Positions 26,136 to 36,012 of a DNA stretch of 64,000 nucleotides are shown here, piece after piece. The position numbers and the translations under genes were made by a program. Source of the DNA: a bacterium (GTDB lineage Bacteria > Hinthialibacterota > Hinthialibacteria > Hinthialibacterales > Hinthialibacteraceae); NCBI GenBank assembly GCA_963663405.2, contig CAXXSM010000123.1:830-64829 (forward strand), written 5' to 3'. The first letter of the stretch is position 1. The number at the start of each line of letters is the position of its first letter. Below the pieces are notes generated by a model that saw only the letters and a program-made list of their open reading frames with translations, made no database searches and was not told the DNA's origin.

Positions 26136-28022
26136 TTATTGTAAAGAAATAGGGTCGTATTCAATCGCGCCGATATCCCATACGGCTATACCGTCTTTAT
26201 CACCATCGATAGGACTTTTCGCAGCATGGGGAAGTGTTCCCTCACCCGCGTCGATTAATGGAGAATGTGGTTGTAGCCTAAAATCTCCATGATCTGGATC
26301 CATGAAGCCAAATGAGGCGCTATTGAGAATAGTCGAACTCGAATTGGCGCCAATTACGCTATTCATGATTGATGGAAATGTCTGCAACGATTCGATATTA
26401 TGATTCCAGGATATTGAATTTTCAAGTGAAGCGTTGGAAGGAACTTGAATTGGACTGTATTCAGTGGCTCTTTCTGTGCAGTCAATACCGATAGTGAAAT
26501 AACGATTGGTTCCATATAAAACGCAGTTTCTTATATGTACGGACGATTGACTGCGAGAGCCGATTTCCGTCCCTATGTGGGAATAATTATGCGCCAAGAT
26601 TGAATGATCGAAGCGAGCGTTTGATTGATCTCGAATGAAGACTCCGCCTCCAATACTAAACCAGGGATTCATCTGATTTCCTGTGATGGTTGAGGCGTAA
26701 ATAAAAAGGGATGAATGATCGAGGATCATGATTCCTCCACCGCCTCTTGAACCAAAAAAAACGGTATTGTTTTGTACTTTACAAGTGTTAATTTGAACAG
26801 CGCTGTTATTTGTGATATAAATCCCACCACCGCCTTCATACGAAGAGTTGTTATGTATAGTGCAATTATCAAAAATGACATTCGTAGAATTCTCAATGGT
26901 TGCGCCACCTCCATTAATCAAGGCCGCGTTTTCTCTCACCACGCAGTTTTTTACCATTGCCTTCTTTGTATTGAACAGGCTGATTCCACCAGCGACATGC
27001 GCGTGATTTTTTTGGAAAACTGTATTAATGATTTCTGTTTCGCCCAGTGTGCAATCTATGGCGCCGCCAACATTTTGATCTCCTATAAGGCAGTTTTTTG
27101 AGAATATAGAATCATGAATGCTTGTAAAACAGTTCATTGTAGACAACGCTCCTCCCATATTCGAGGAAGTATTATACATAAAAGAACATTGATTAATCTT
27201 TATCGTTGAATCATGGCCGAAAATCGCTCCACCTCGGTTGGATGAGCGATTCCATGAAAATTGACATTGATTGCAAGTCAGATTTGAGTGTTCACCGGCA
27301 AAAATTCCACCACCTGAATTTCTTATTAAAAAGCATTGTTCAAAGATGGGAGACGATTGTTTTCTTGAAAGAATACATGCTTTGGCTATATCATGTTGAG
27401 TTGAATTGGAATCATTATTGGTAAACGTACAATTCCGGATTAGAGGAGAAGATGAAAACATACATAAAGCCGATCCAGAAGGGGCAAAGTTGTTTAAGAA
27501 AATACAATTTTCGATTATTGTTTGATTCGAATTCATTAATAATATACCAGCGCCGTTTTCACTGGTGTTATCTTGAATCACACAATTGATTATCATTGGA
27601 GATGTTCCATTGCATAGAATGGCAGGATAAGAATTATCTGATAAGGTGAATCCATCGATTTGAGCGCCATCGGCGCCGTTGATTAGAGGATTGGACTGAG
27701 TTTTAACGCCGGAAATACGTGTAACATTTTTTTTCCAGTCACGTTCGATCGATTTGGATTCCCTGCCTGAAAAACCACCAAGCAGTCGAATGTGGTTTTT
27801 CAGTTTTAGATTGGTTTCCTGGTATGTTCCCTGTGCGATCCATATTTCATCACCGGCTTTTGCCGTCTCAATTGCTATTCGAATCGTAGTAAAGGCAGTA
27901 GACCATGAATTTCCTTCAATTCGATTAGTAGAATTATTAGATTTAACAAAAATAATGCTGGCATCGCTTGTAGAGACTAGGCTGATACATATGATATAAG
28001 TTAACAATATCGTTATAATCAT
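26136..28022 (-). CDS. Secreted right-handed parallel beta-helix (PbH1) repeat protein, paralogue 2
   Basis: It has the same length and layout as 24247..26130: GNSWSTAFTTIRIAIETAKAGDEIWIAQGTYQE ... DGDKDGIAVWDIGAIEY. Only 5 nt separate the two genes. Confidence 0.75.
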   Translation of the reverse strand: MIITILLTYIICISLVSTSDASIIFVKSNNSTNRIEGNSWSTAFTTIRIAIETAKAGDEIWIAQGTYQETNLKLKNHIRLLGGFSGRESKSIERDWKKNVTRISGVKTQSNPLINGADGAQIDGFTLSDNSYPAILCNGTSPMIINCVIQDNTSENGAGILLMNSNQTIIENCIFLNNFAPSGSALCMFSSSPLIRNCTFTNNDSNSTQHDIAKACILSRKQSSPIFEQCFLIRNSGGGIFAGEHSNLTCNQCQFSWNRSSNRGGAIFGHDSTIKINQCSFMYNTSSNMGGALSTMNCFTSIHDSIFSKNCLIGDQNVGGAIDCTLGETEIINTVFQKNHAHVAGGISLFNTKKAMVKNCVVRENAALINGGGATIENSTNVIFDNCTIHNNSSYEGGGGIYITNNSAVQINTCKVQNNTVFFGSRGGGGIMILDHSSLFIYASTITGNQMNPWFSIGGGVFIRDQSNARFDHSILAHNYSHIGTEIGSRSQSSVHIRNCVLYGTNRYFTIGIDCTERATEYSPIQVPSNASLENSISWNHNIESLQTFPSIMNSVIGANSSSTILNSASFGFMDPDHGDFRLQPHSPLIDAGEGTLPHAAKSPIDGDKDGIAVWDIGAIEYDPISLQ

Positions 28023-28244
28023 TTTTTTCTATTATCGTTTTAAAATGTATTGTTATGTAAAGAAATAATAAAATAAGTATAAAAAAGTTCTTTTCTTAGA
28101 TCGTTAGGATTTGACTATATAACGAATACAATTGATTAAACGGTTTCAGTATCACTATATTTTCTCTATAATAGTAGGATGATAGATAATTAATGCAAGA
28201 CATAGTTTTATCCTTTTTTGTTGGTTACGTGTAAAAAAGATGAA

Positions 28245-28253
28245 TGGTATAAT
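28245..28253 (+). promoter_or_regulatory. Possible extended -10 promoter element (TGGTATAAT)
   Basis: TGnTATAAT match about 80 nt upstream of the 28332 ORF, in a very AT-rich divergent intergenic region. The -35 is weak. Confidence 0.25.
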
Positions 28254-28331
28254 ATATGTGTGTTGAGTGTATTTGTTTCATTTTTTTTGTTTGCTGGATA
28301 TAGATATAATAATGAATAAAAAGATAAAACA

Positions 28332-28718
28332 ATGAATATCGATAAACATACGATTCAATCACGTTTTTGCGCTGCAATTGATAATAATGAGTCATTTCCA
28401 TATTTTGTCTTCTATCATGCGTTTGCAATATTTATCATCCTTGTTTCTTGTTTCCTGCAAAATGGGATTAAAGAAAATGATGAGAGAACGCTCTATTTTT
28501 TATTTTTCGGCGCCTGTCCATTTGCTATATATTTTTTGTATGCATTCACGTATTCTCCCCGTTTTTATAATCGATCGGCCCAAACGTTTTTATTGACAAT
28601 GAATGGGTGTTTATCGCTTTTTATTCTAACGTTATTCACGGTTGATGTTTTTTTTCACCCTTCAATAATGAAGGGAATAAAATTTTTTCTCAATTCATTA
28701 TATATTTTATATTTTTAG
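28332..28718 (+). CDS. Small polytopic membrane ORF, possibly the N-terminal fragment of the 28918 gene
   Basis: 128 aa, hydrophobic. The next two ORFs follow in successive frames (3, 2, 1) with almost no spacing. Confidence 0.4.
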   Translation: MNIDKHTIQSRFCAAIDNNESFPYFVFYHAFAIFIILVSCFLQNGIKENDERTLYFLFFGACPFAIYFLYAFTYSPRFYNRSAQTFLLTMNGCLSLFILTLFTVDVFFHPSIMKGIKFFLNSLYILYF

Positions 28719-28726
28719 CGCATTAT

Positions 28727-28921
28727 ATGTTTATTTTGAACTGCGCCGCATTAGTACTTTTCTTTAAAAAGCGTTTAATTGATACTGCCTATCATCCATT
28801 TTTGAAACGGTATGAACCCGTATCCTGTTTATCCTTATTCCAATTGTATTTTTTCTATTATTCATCAGTGGTTATCGGGATCATCTCTATGTTCTGTATA
28901 TCCACTATTGGATCTATGTGA
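28727..28921 (+). CDS. Small membrane ORF, possibly a fragment of the same gene
   Basis: 64 aa, hydrophobic. Its end overlaps the start of the 28918 ORF. Confidence 0.3.
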   Translation: MFILNCAALVLFFKKRLIDTAYHPFLKRYEPVSCLSLFQLYFFYYSSVVIGIISMFCISTIGSM

Positions 28922-31728
28922 TCGTGTATTTAGGTGTTTTTGCTTTGTTGATATGTTTATGTAAATACGCTCTTCCTGTCCCGCATCAAGAAATGGGATT
29001 TATCATTCTATCTCCGCTCCACTGCCACGTCGAATTCCTATTTTGGACTGGCTATCTTGCTGTGCCGTTTTTACTTTTTTTTGATACGACTCTTACATTT
29101 GATTATACTCATTATTACGCTTATATTGGACCCGCCGCGGCGGTCTGCGCCGGCCGGCCGGCGATGATTGATTCCTTTTCTCAATATGGTTTTCTTCCTT
29201 TTCAGCTCATCGCGATCTATTTCTCATTAATCGGCGCATCTTCTTTTACGGCGATGGCCATTCTCATCAACCTATTCAATATACTATACTATATATTGTT
29301 TTTATTGATTATAAGAAAAATTGTGAATAATAAGGTGATTGCTTATAGTGGAGGAATCCTTTTTTTAATTCTCTTCAATTATGGTGTATATAATATGAAT
29401 ATTACGCCATCCGTGTCCGGATATCGATTTCTTCCTCCACTACTTGTCCTTCTCTGCCTTTGTTATTTATCAAAAAGCAAATATAAATATTTAATTTTAA
29501 CCATTGTTGTTATATTGAATTCCTTTTGGAGTTTGGAAACATTTGTTTTTTCTTTTGTTACATACGCCGCATTTCTGATTGGAGAGTACGCTTTATCACA
29601 AGACAGCGTATTTACTTTATGCAAGCGATTTCTCTACCTTGTTGCCGGTCTCATGACCTCTCATATTGTTTTTATCGTTTTATGGTTATTGTATTATGGG
29701 GAGGTTCCTCGATATGACGTGTATTTGGGATTTCTCTCCACATATAAAGATTCGGCCAATTTTTGGTATATTGAAATTGTTCCACGAGGGAATATGCGCT
29801 CACCATGGGCGATTGTGTCTTTTGCGTATTTTCTGCCTTTGGTAATATTTTTAAAAAAATATTTTTGCATGGAGAAAACATCTTCTCATACATTTATTCA
29901 TATGATTTTTCCTACAGCAGTATTGGGTGTGATTGAATTCGCGTATTTTCAAGGCCGTTCAATATCCAGCATATTACTGGTTTCATCCTTTCCATTCTGT
30001 ATTCTTGTACTTGCAGGAATTGACAGAATGTGGGTCTATCAGAAAAAGAAAATTATTAATGATATAGGCAGGATTATACCTTTATACATATTAACATTGT
30101 TCACAATCATATTAATTGCGGTATATTCCATCGATAATATTAAGAAATTTTACGGCGATACGTACAAACCCCTTGCTTTTTCCTTGATCCAGAATCGAGC
30201 AAATGCACTTAAAATACTGGATAATATGAGAGAATATCTTAAAACACCCAGATTTATACAATCATCATTTTCTACGGATAAGAGTCACATTGGCCCCAAG
30301 AATACATCTAGAGAAGTAAGACGATTGAAGGACGCATATGATTTGATTCATAAATGGGCGTCGAATGAACCTGAATTGCTTTTATTTATGGTCGAAGCGA
30401 CTGCGCTCCATGTTACAACACAAAAACCTCATGCCTATCCAATATCGTGTAATTTAACAGATAGCATATCCGAACCGATTACAGAAAAAATACTCAATTA
30501 TCCCGCGGCGATTCATGATGGAGATCTTGTTTTTACTTATGCTGACGAATACGAGTTACCCGATATAGATAAAAAAATACTAGCTGTATTAAGGAAAAAT
30601 TATATATTTACTCCAATTGATAGATCGGAATATGGGATTGTAGTCTATAAACTAAATACAAACGATGGAATTACGAAAACGTTATCCAAGGTTTTAACGA
30701 ATGCAAAGGTAACAATTGATGAATTAATGATATTTCAGGATATATATGAATTTTTTGCTCTGCGCGATACCAATGGGATTCTTGTACAAGATCAAAAAAT
30801 TACCGCTATACGATTAATGAATACACAATTTGATAATACATCTTTACTATCAACTCTCAAGAATTTACTCTACGCAGATCTTCGCAAAAATAGGATACGA
30901 GAATTACCCAATCAAGAATTATTAGATCGGCTCAAATTCTATGATGTAAGGTATAACCAAATTATGTTGAGTGACGGAAATACAGCTCAGCAAAGGAAAT
31001 TGTATAAAACAATAGACTCCATCTCTAAATTAGATAAAAGCACTCTCCAAAAACGAATAGCGTCTTATTATCCATTGCGAGGCTCAATAGAAAATCTAGT
31101 TGTTAATAACGCAAATCTATTATCGAATATAAGAAATTTAAAATACAAAAATTATAATGGAAATACTGGTTTGTACTTTGAAGGTCAACAATACTTTATT
31201 ATTCAAAAGAATGATTTTAGTAATTTATATGGTCAAACAGTATCATTTTGGATAATCATCGATTTAAATCCATTACAAACGAATCCAGATCTTTCAATAT
31301 GCTTATTTTGGTCGGGAGTATTATCGAATCAAAAAGCGCCTTATATGAGTCATGGACTATTCATATCGAAATATCTACAATGGATTGTCGCCGATTCGCC
31401 ACCTGGCTATTATATTCGTTCGATGAATACAGATCCCAATTGTGTAAGGACAGGTGGAGTGTATCATGTAGTATCAATGATGTCTGCAAATTTTGAATAC
31501 GCAAAGTTGTATGTCAATGGAAAAAAAATTGTATCGAGATATAAGTGGGAACAACCAAAGCGTACAGATTTATCAGTCATCATTGGAGGCGCGCCACCAC
31601 CATACGCCGCCCAGCCGATAAAAGGTATACTTGGTGAATTCGCTGTATGGGATCGGGAATTAACTGAAAATGAAGTGTACCAATTGTACGTTGGAAATCC
31701 ATTCTTTGAATTTATAGAAAATGAATAA
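28918..31728 (+). CDS. Large polytopic membrane protein with LRR-like segment and C-terminal LamG/concanavalin-A-like lectin domain
   Basis: The first 400 aa or so are multi-TM. The LRR-like stretch is LKNLLYADLRKNRIRELPNQELLDRLKFYDVRYNQI. The C-terminal LamG_3-like region is GLYFEGQQYFII...TVSFWIIID...HVVSMMSANFEYAKLYVNGKKI...GILGEFAVWDRELTENEVYQLY. Confidence 0.65.
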   Translation: MIVYLGVFALLICLCKYALPVPHQEMGFIILSPLHCHVEFLFWTGYLAVPFLLFFDTTLTFDYTHYYAYIGPAAAVCAGRPAMIDSFSQYGFLPFQLIAIYFSLIGASSFTAMAILINLFNILYYILFLLIIRKIVNNKVIAYSGGILFLILFNYGVYNMNITPSVSGYRFLPPLLVLLCLCYLSKSKYKYLILTIVVILNSFWSLETFVFSFVTYAAFLIGEYALSQDSVFTLCKRFLYLVAGLMTSHIVFIVLWLLYYGEVPRYDVYLGFLSTYKDSANFWYIEIVPRGNMRSPWAIVSFAYFLPLVIFLKKYFCMEKTSSHTFIHMIFPTAVLGVIEFAYFQGRSISSILLVSSFPFCILVLAGIDRMWVYQKKKIINDIGRIIPLYILTLFTIILIAVYSIDNIKKFYGDTYKPLAFSLIQNRANALKILDNMREYLKTPRFIQSSFSTDKSHIGPKNTSREVRRLKDAYDLIHKWASNEPELLLFMVEATALHVTTQKPHAYPISCNLTDSISEPITEKILNYPAAIHDGDLVFTYADEYELPDIDKKILAVLRKNYIFTPIDRSEYGIVVYKLNTNDGITKTLSKVLTNAKVTIDELMIFQDIYEFFALRDTNGILVQDQKITAIRLMNTQFDNTSLLSTLKNLLYADLRKNRIRELPNQELLDRLKFYDVRYNQIMLSDGNTAQQRKLYKTIDSISKLDKSTLQKRIASYYPLRGSIENLVVNNANLLSNIRNLKYKNYNGNTGLYFEGQQYFIIQKNDFSNLYGQTVSFWIIIDLNPLQTNPDLSICLFWSGVLSNQKAPYMSHGLFISKYLQWIVADSPPGYYIRSMNTDPNCVRTGGVYHVVSMMSANFEYAKLYVNGKKIVSRYKWEQPKRTDLSVIIGGAPPPYAAQPIKGILGEFAVWDRELTENEVYQLYVGNPFFEFIENE

Positions 31729-31745
31729 TTTATAATCATTAAAAA

Positions 31746-32954
31746 TTGTCAAATATAGATGATAAAATGAAAATGAAATCTAAATCACTGTTATCGTACT
31801 ATCAAGAAAATCAGTTTAATCCCGTGCCGATTGATCTGGGTACTGAATCCGCTTGGAATGACCATGTAAACAAGAGAAAAAATTTATATGAACAGCATCT
31901 TTCCATACCTCTTTCCTTGCTCCGGGAGCGGGCCGTGTTGGAATTTGGCTGCTGTTCGGGTGAAAACGCGATTGTACTTGCATACAATGGAGCAAGGCTG
32001 ACATTAGTTGAACCGAATGAACAAGTGCTGCCACGGTTGCAATCTTTATTTCAATCCTATGGATTCGAAAAGCAGATTGATTCGCTGCAGTCCAAAACAA
32101 TTGAATCATTTACATCAAATCTGCAGTATGATATTGTCATAGCAGAAGGCTTTTTATTTACACTGCCAAATCGCGATGATTTACTTCATAAGATTATAGA
32201 CTTTATGGCGATCGATGGCTTCACTATTGTCTCTTTTAACGATCGATATGGCAGTTTAATCGAATATGTGAAGCGGCTTATCTTGTGGAGAGCCTATCAA
32301 ATTGAAGGGATTAGAGATGAAAAAGGCGCAGACGCTCTCTCTTTTGCGAAACGTTTATTTGAAGTAGATTTTAACAAAATCAGCGCATCCCGGCCCTTTG
32401 ATGTTTGGTGGAAAGACACATTGATCAACCGGTTTTTATGCGCGGATTTTTTATGGAGTTATAAGGAAATATTTCCAATTTTAGATTCGTGTGGATGTGT
32501 GTTTTATTCTTCTTCTCCACAGTGGAGCCTGTTGGATCATTTTCGATGGTATAAGAAAATTATCAAAGCGTCAGAACGAAATAAGCGGATATTAGAGCAA
32601 TGGCATACGATTTTTCCCTACATCTTGACTGGTGTTGTATCGAATCCAATCAATTCGGAACCAGCAAGTGAAGAGATCGTTTCAACAGTATCGAAATTTA
32701 TAAAAAAAATATCTGATTATACTTCCGAACTTGGAGGAAACATCCACACCATAAACTATCCACGTGAAATCTATGATTATTTGGATAACATAGAACATCC
32801 GGAGATCAAAAATTTCAATCAAGAGATGAAAAATCTATTTGAAGCGATACAAACGAATCATCTGGAAACGTTGATTAACGCCTATCACGATTCAAAGACA
32901 ATACGGCGTCTATGGGGAACGCCATATCAATATCTTTGCTTTACACGGCAATGA
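31746..32954 (+). CDS. Class I SAM-dependent methyltransferase
   Basis: Motif I is VLEFGCCSGENAIVLAYNGARLTLVEPNE. 402 aa. An ATG at about 31767 is an alternative start. Confidence 0.7.
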   Translation: MSNIDDKMKMKSKSLLSYYQENQFNPVPIDLGTESAWNDHVNKRKNLYEQHLSIPLSLLRERAVLEFGCCSGENAIVLAYNGARLTLVEPNEQVLPRLQSLFQSYGFEKQIDSLQSKTIESFTSNLQYDIVIAEGFLFTLPNRDDLLHKIIDFMAIDGFTIVSFNDRYGSLIEYVKRLILWRAYQIEGIRDEKGADALSFAKRLFEVDFNKISASRPFDVWWKDTLINRFLCADFLWSYKEIFPILDSCGCVFYSSSPQWSLLDHFRWYKKIIKASERNKRILEQWHTIFPYILTGVVSNPINSEPASEEIVSTVSKFIKKISDYTSELGGNIHTINYPREIYDYLDNIEHPEIKNFNQEMKNLFEAIQTNHLETLINAYHDSKTIRRLWGTPYQYLCFTRQ

Positions 32955-32958
32955 TTCG

Positions 32959-33702
32959 TCAATCGTGAATACGCTTGGGTTTTTTGTTGAAGGTAGAACG
33001 GTTGGCGAATTTGATTTCGTAGACGAGACGGAAAAAGGTTGTGAAGACTTCGATGATGCTTTTTAAGGAGAACGAGCCACTTCCTTCCAAACCACGTTGA
33101 ATACATAATGGCATTTCATAAAATGTGCAGCCGGTCAAGAGTGATTTAATATTCATTTCCGCCACACAGCTGAACCGTTTGGATTTAAGGTCAAAACTTC
33201 GGAGACGATCTGTTGAATAGATACAGGGACTATTGATGTATTGAATATAGATGTCAAAGACTGTCATGTAAATCAGGCCATAAAACGCGGAGAGAATGTT
33301 CCGGCGGCGTCCGCGAATTTCGCGATTTAAAATGTACTGAAAAACGACGTCCGCTTTGTCACGGTGCGCGAATAATTTCTCGATGGATTGCTGTACAATG
33401 TCATTATCGCCAGGGATTATAGTAAATTTTGGATAAGCGGCCATTTGGATCGCTTCTTTAACACTATAGCCCATCCCCTGATTCTGATCGTGTAGAATCG
33501 AACGGACAAACAGGAATTCTTTTTCCAATTCGAGAATTTTATCCCGTGTGCGATCCGCGCTTCCGTCGTCAACGACAATAATATCAAGTTGCAAGTCCCC
33601 TACGTTTTTCGCAGCGCGGATGATTGTATAAATCGTGTCTTTAACATATTTCTCTTCATTATACGCAGGGACCATGACCGATATCATAAAACAGTTCCTC
33701 AA
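32959..33702 (-). CDS. Glycosyltransferase family 2
   Basis: ISVMVPAYNEEKYVKDTI ... IIVVDDGSADRT ... PGDND motifs. Confidence 0.85.
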   Translation of the reverse strand: MRNCFMISVMVPAYNEEKYVKDTIYTIIRAAKNVGDLQLDIIVVDDGSADRTRDKILELEKEFLFVRSILHDQNQGMGYSVKEAIQMAAYPKFTIIPGDNDIVQQSIEKLFAHRDKADVVFQYILNREIRGRRRNILSAFYGLIYMTVFDIYIQYINSPCIYSTDRLRSFDLKSKRFSCVAEMNIKSLLTGCTFYEMPLCIQRGLEGSGSFSLKSIIEVFTTFFRLVYEIKFANRSTFNKKPKRIHD

Positions 33703-33766
33703 TCAATATCTATTGTTCACTATGATTTATCAAGGGTGTTGCGCAAAAGTTGTGAAAAGTTCAAAA

Positions 33767-34432
33767 CTAGACGCGCTTTTTACATCCCACTACAAGAAGG
33801 TAGTGCGACATAGGTGGAAAGCCCGTATGAACGATTTCATCGTTTGCGCCAAAGAGAAACACATGCGTGAAGTACGTACGCATTTCTTTCTCTAATCGTT
33901 CCGCCGTATACAGATTTACATGTCCGGCTTTACTCACTTCGGACGCGTATATCTGCCCTTCCAGGCTGGGGGCGCCGATTATGGCAATCCCGTCATGTGA
34001 CAAGTTATCGACAATCCTGCGCCAAAATTGATCAACATTTTCCTGCAGAATATGTTCGATCACATCTAAACTGACGACCGCGTCCCATTGTTCCGGGGGG
34101 AGTTGGAGGAAATCCCCTTCATGGAATTCCACACGTGGATCGTTCCAATTCGAACGGGCGGTTTGGATGGCGTCCCCGTCTTGATCGATTCCTTTTGCCG
34201 ATCCGCATTCCGAGGCGAGGATCCAGGTCCCCAATCCTTCATTGCATCCAGCGTCCAATACACGTTTGCCGTGTCCGATCATTTTCGCGGCGAATTTATA
34301 ATACGATGTGGAAAACAAAGCGCGCCGGGGCGTATTTTCAAACCAATAACCGATGTACTTGCCCAGGTTTACGTCCGGACCACCGTCCATCATCTCTGTT
34401 ACATCGTCCCATTGCGATTGATCGGGCGCCAT
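33767..34432 (-). CDS. Class I SAM-dependent methyltransferase (tandem paralogue a)
   Basis: Motif I is VLDAGCNEGLGTWILA. It shares the C-terminal signature HTGFPPMSHYLLVVGC with the upstream neighbour. Confidence 0.75.
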   Translation of the reverse strand: MAPDQSQWDDVTEMMDGGPDVNLGKYIGYWFENTPRRALFSTSYYKFAAKMIGHGKRVLDAGCNEGLGTWILASECGSAKGIDQDGDAIQTARSNWNDPRVEFHEGDFLQLPPEQWDAVVSLDVIEHILQENVDQFWRRIVDNLSHDGIAIIGAPSLEGQIYASEVSKAGHVNLYTAERLEKEMRTYFTHVFLFGANDEIVHTGFPPMSHYLLVVGCKKRV

Positions 34433-34447
34433 AGTGTAGTTTTCCTT

Positions 34448-35122
34448 TCATTGTCTTCGGTAGCAGCCGACTGCCAGCAGATAATGGGCCATAGCGGGAA
34501 AACCGGTGTGCATACACTCATCGTTCATCCCAAAAAGAAATACATTGTAGAAGAGTGTTTTCATTGCAGTGGTCAATCGTTCAGCGCTAAAGAGGTTGAC
34601 ATGACCTTTTTGGCTGGCGGGAGAAGCGTACGCTTGCGCGGTGATATTTGGAGTGCCGATGACCACGATTCCGTCCTCTCCGAGATTCGCCGCGACTGTC
34701 TCCCAAAATACGGATTCATATTCGGGATAAATATGTTCGATTACGTCGAGGCTGATGACGCTGTCGAAATGGCCGTAGCTTTTACCCATGAAATCATCTT
34801 CTATGAACCGGCGTTTCTCGTGGGGCCAATTTTTCTTCGCGGTTTCAATCGCTGGACCGTCTAGGTCCACACCCGTGTAGGAAATGGCGAATTCCGATAA
34901 GATCGGGACGCCGATTCCCTCGCTGCATCCCAGTTCCAGCACACTCCGCTCCCGGCCGGCCATTTTCGCGGCGAATTTATAACGGGATAGAACGAAACCA
35001 AGCCGTTTCGGATCGGCGCGCAGGTTGTAAGACCAGTGGCGGCCTAGTGTTTTTCCCGCGTCGCCTAACATATCCGTCACGCGTTCCCATTGTTTTTTTT
35101 CAGGAGATGGATTTGAACTCAT
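34448..35122 (-). CDS. Class I SAM-dependent methyltransferase (tandem paralogue b)
   Basis: Motif I is VLELGCSEGIGVPILS and the C-terminus is HTGFPAMAHYLLAVGC. The ATG at 35122 shares one base with the upstream TAA (TAATG). The track ORF extends to 35164. Confidence 0.75.
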   Translation of the reverse strand: MSSNPSPEKKQWERVTDMLGDAGKTLGRHWSYNLRADPKRLGFVLSRYKFAAKMAGRERSVLELGCSEGIGVPILSEFAISYTGVDLDGPAIETAKKNWPHEKRRFIEDDFMGKSYGHFDSVISLDVIEHIYPEYESVFWETVAANLGEDGIVVIGTPNITAQAYASPASQKGHVNLFSAERLTTAMKTLFYNVFLFGMNDECMHTGFPAMAHYLLAVGCYRRQ

Positions 35123-36012
35123 TAGTTGTCTTTCCGGTAGTTCTCCGCGGCGATATGAACGCATTCCGAGAGTGGTTTAAACGCCGCCTGAATATCTTTT
35201 GGTAATCGTTTGCAGACTAGATTCGTTCGTTTGGGCCGTTTGAAATTTTCGTTAAGATCATCGAGTGAGATACTCTGGACCAGGCGCCGGTCCACGCCCA
35301 GCGCGTCCGCCATCGCTAAGGCGAGATCGAGCCGGGAGACTGGTTTCGCTGTACAGAGATGAACGGTTCCCGTTATTCTTCGTGTTTGAAGAGCGAGGAC
35401 TGCCCGTGAGAAATCGTGAATCCAAATCGGGCAGAACCATTGATCGTAGGCGGCGCGGACAGGAAGCCCCTGTGAAAGGTTGTTCGCCATTTCGTCGAGT
35501 AAGGTTCCATCCCCTTTTTTCAATCCAAAGAGTTTGCAGGGACGGATGATTAGGCAATCTCCATTGCAGACTTCGGAGAACCGCCGTTCCACCTCGGCTT
35601 TTTGCGCCCCATATTCATCCAACGGACGCAGAGGGGCGTCTTCGGTATAGCCGCCTTCGACGCCATCAAACACGTAGTCGGAGGAGAAGAAGATGGGCTT
35701 TAATTCTTCTTGTGAGATTTGACGAATTAGTTCCAATGTGCCTTCTACGTTGCAAGCGCGGGCGTATTCTTTTTCATTCTCACACTGCGCAATGCCCGTC
35801 ACCGCCGCCGCTATAATGACGTCTTTGTATCCTGAATCCGCCAAGTGAAAAGGAGAAATATCTGGCGAGTGGAGGTCGAGTTGAGGAGTAAATGCGCTTC
35901 CTGGCGTTCCCGTGCCCAGAGCGTGAGGATCGAATTGCTTGTAGAGTTGATGGAAGTGACTTCCAACGAATCCATCGGCTCCAATGACGGCGGTTTTGGG
36001 TGGTGTTTCCAT
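35122..36012 (-). CDS. NAD(P)-dependent sugar-nucleotide reductase/epimerase (RmlD-like SDR)
   Basis: The Rossmann motif is VIGADGFVGSHF. The RmlD-type motif is FFSSDYVFDG...YTEDAPLRPLDEYGAQKAEVE. Confidence 0.7.
   Translation of the reverse strand: METPPKTAVIGADGFVGSHFHQLYKQFDPHALGTGTPGSAFTPQLDLHSPDISPFHLADSGYKDVIIAAAVTGIAQCENEKEYARACNVEGTLELIRQISQEELKPIFFSSDYVFDGVEGGYTEDAPLRPLDEYGAQKAEVERRFSEVCNGDCLIIRPCKLFGLKKGDGTLLDEMANNLSQGLPVRAAYDQWFCPIWIHDFSRAVLALQTRRITGTVHLCTAKPVSRLDLALAMADALGVDRRLVQSISLDDLNENFKRPKRTNLVCKRLPKDIQAAFKPLSECVHIAAENYRKDN

Noticed and set aside
34088-34864. 258-aa plus-strand ORF spanning two methyltransferase genes
   Set aside because: It has no recognisable motifs and crosses the intergenic gap between two well-supported minus-strand genes that carry clear SAM-binding motifs. 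It is an antisense open frame.
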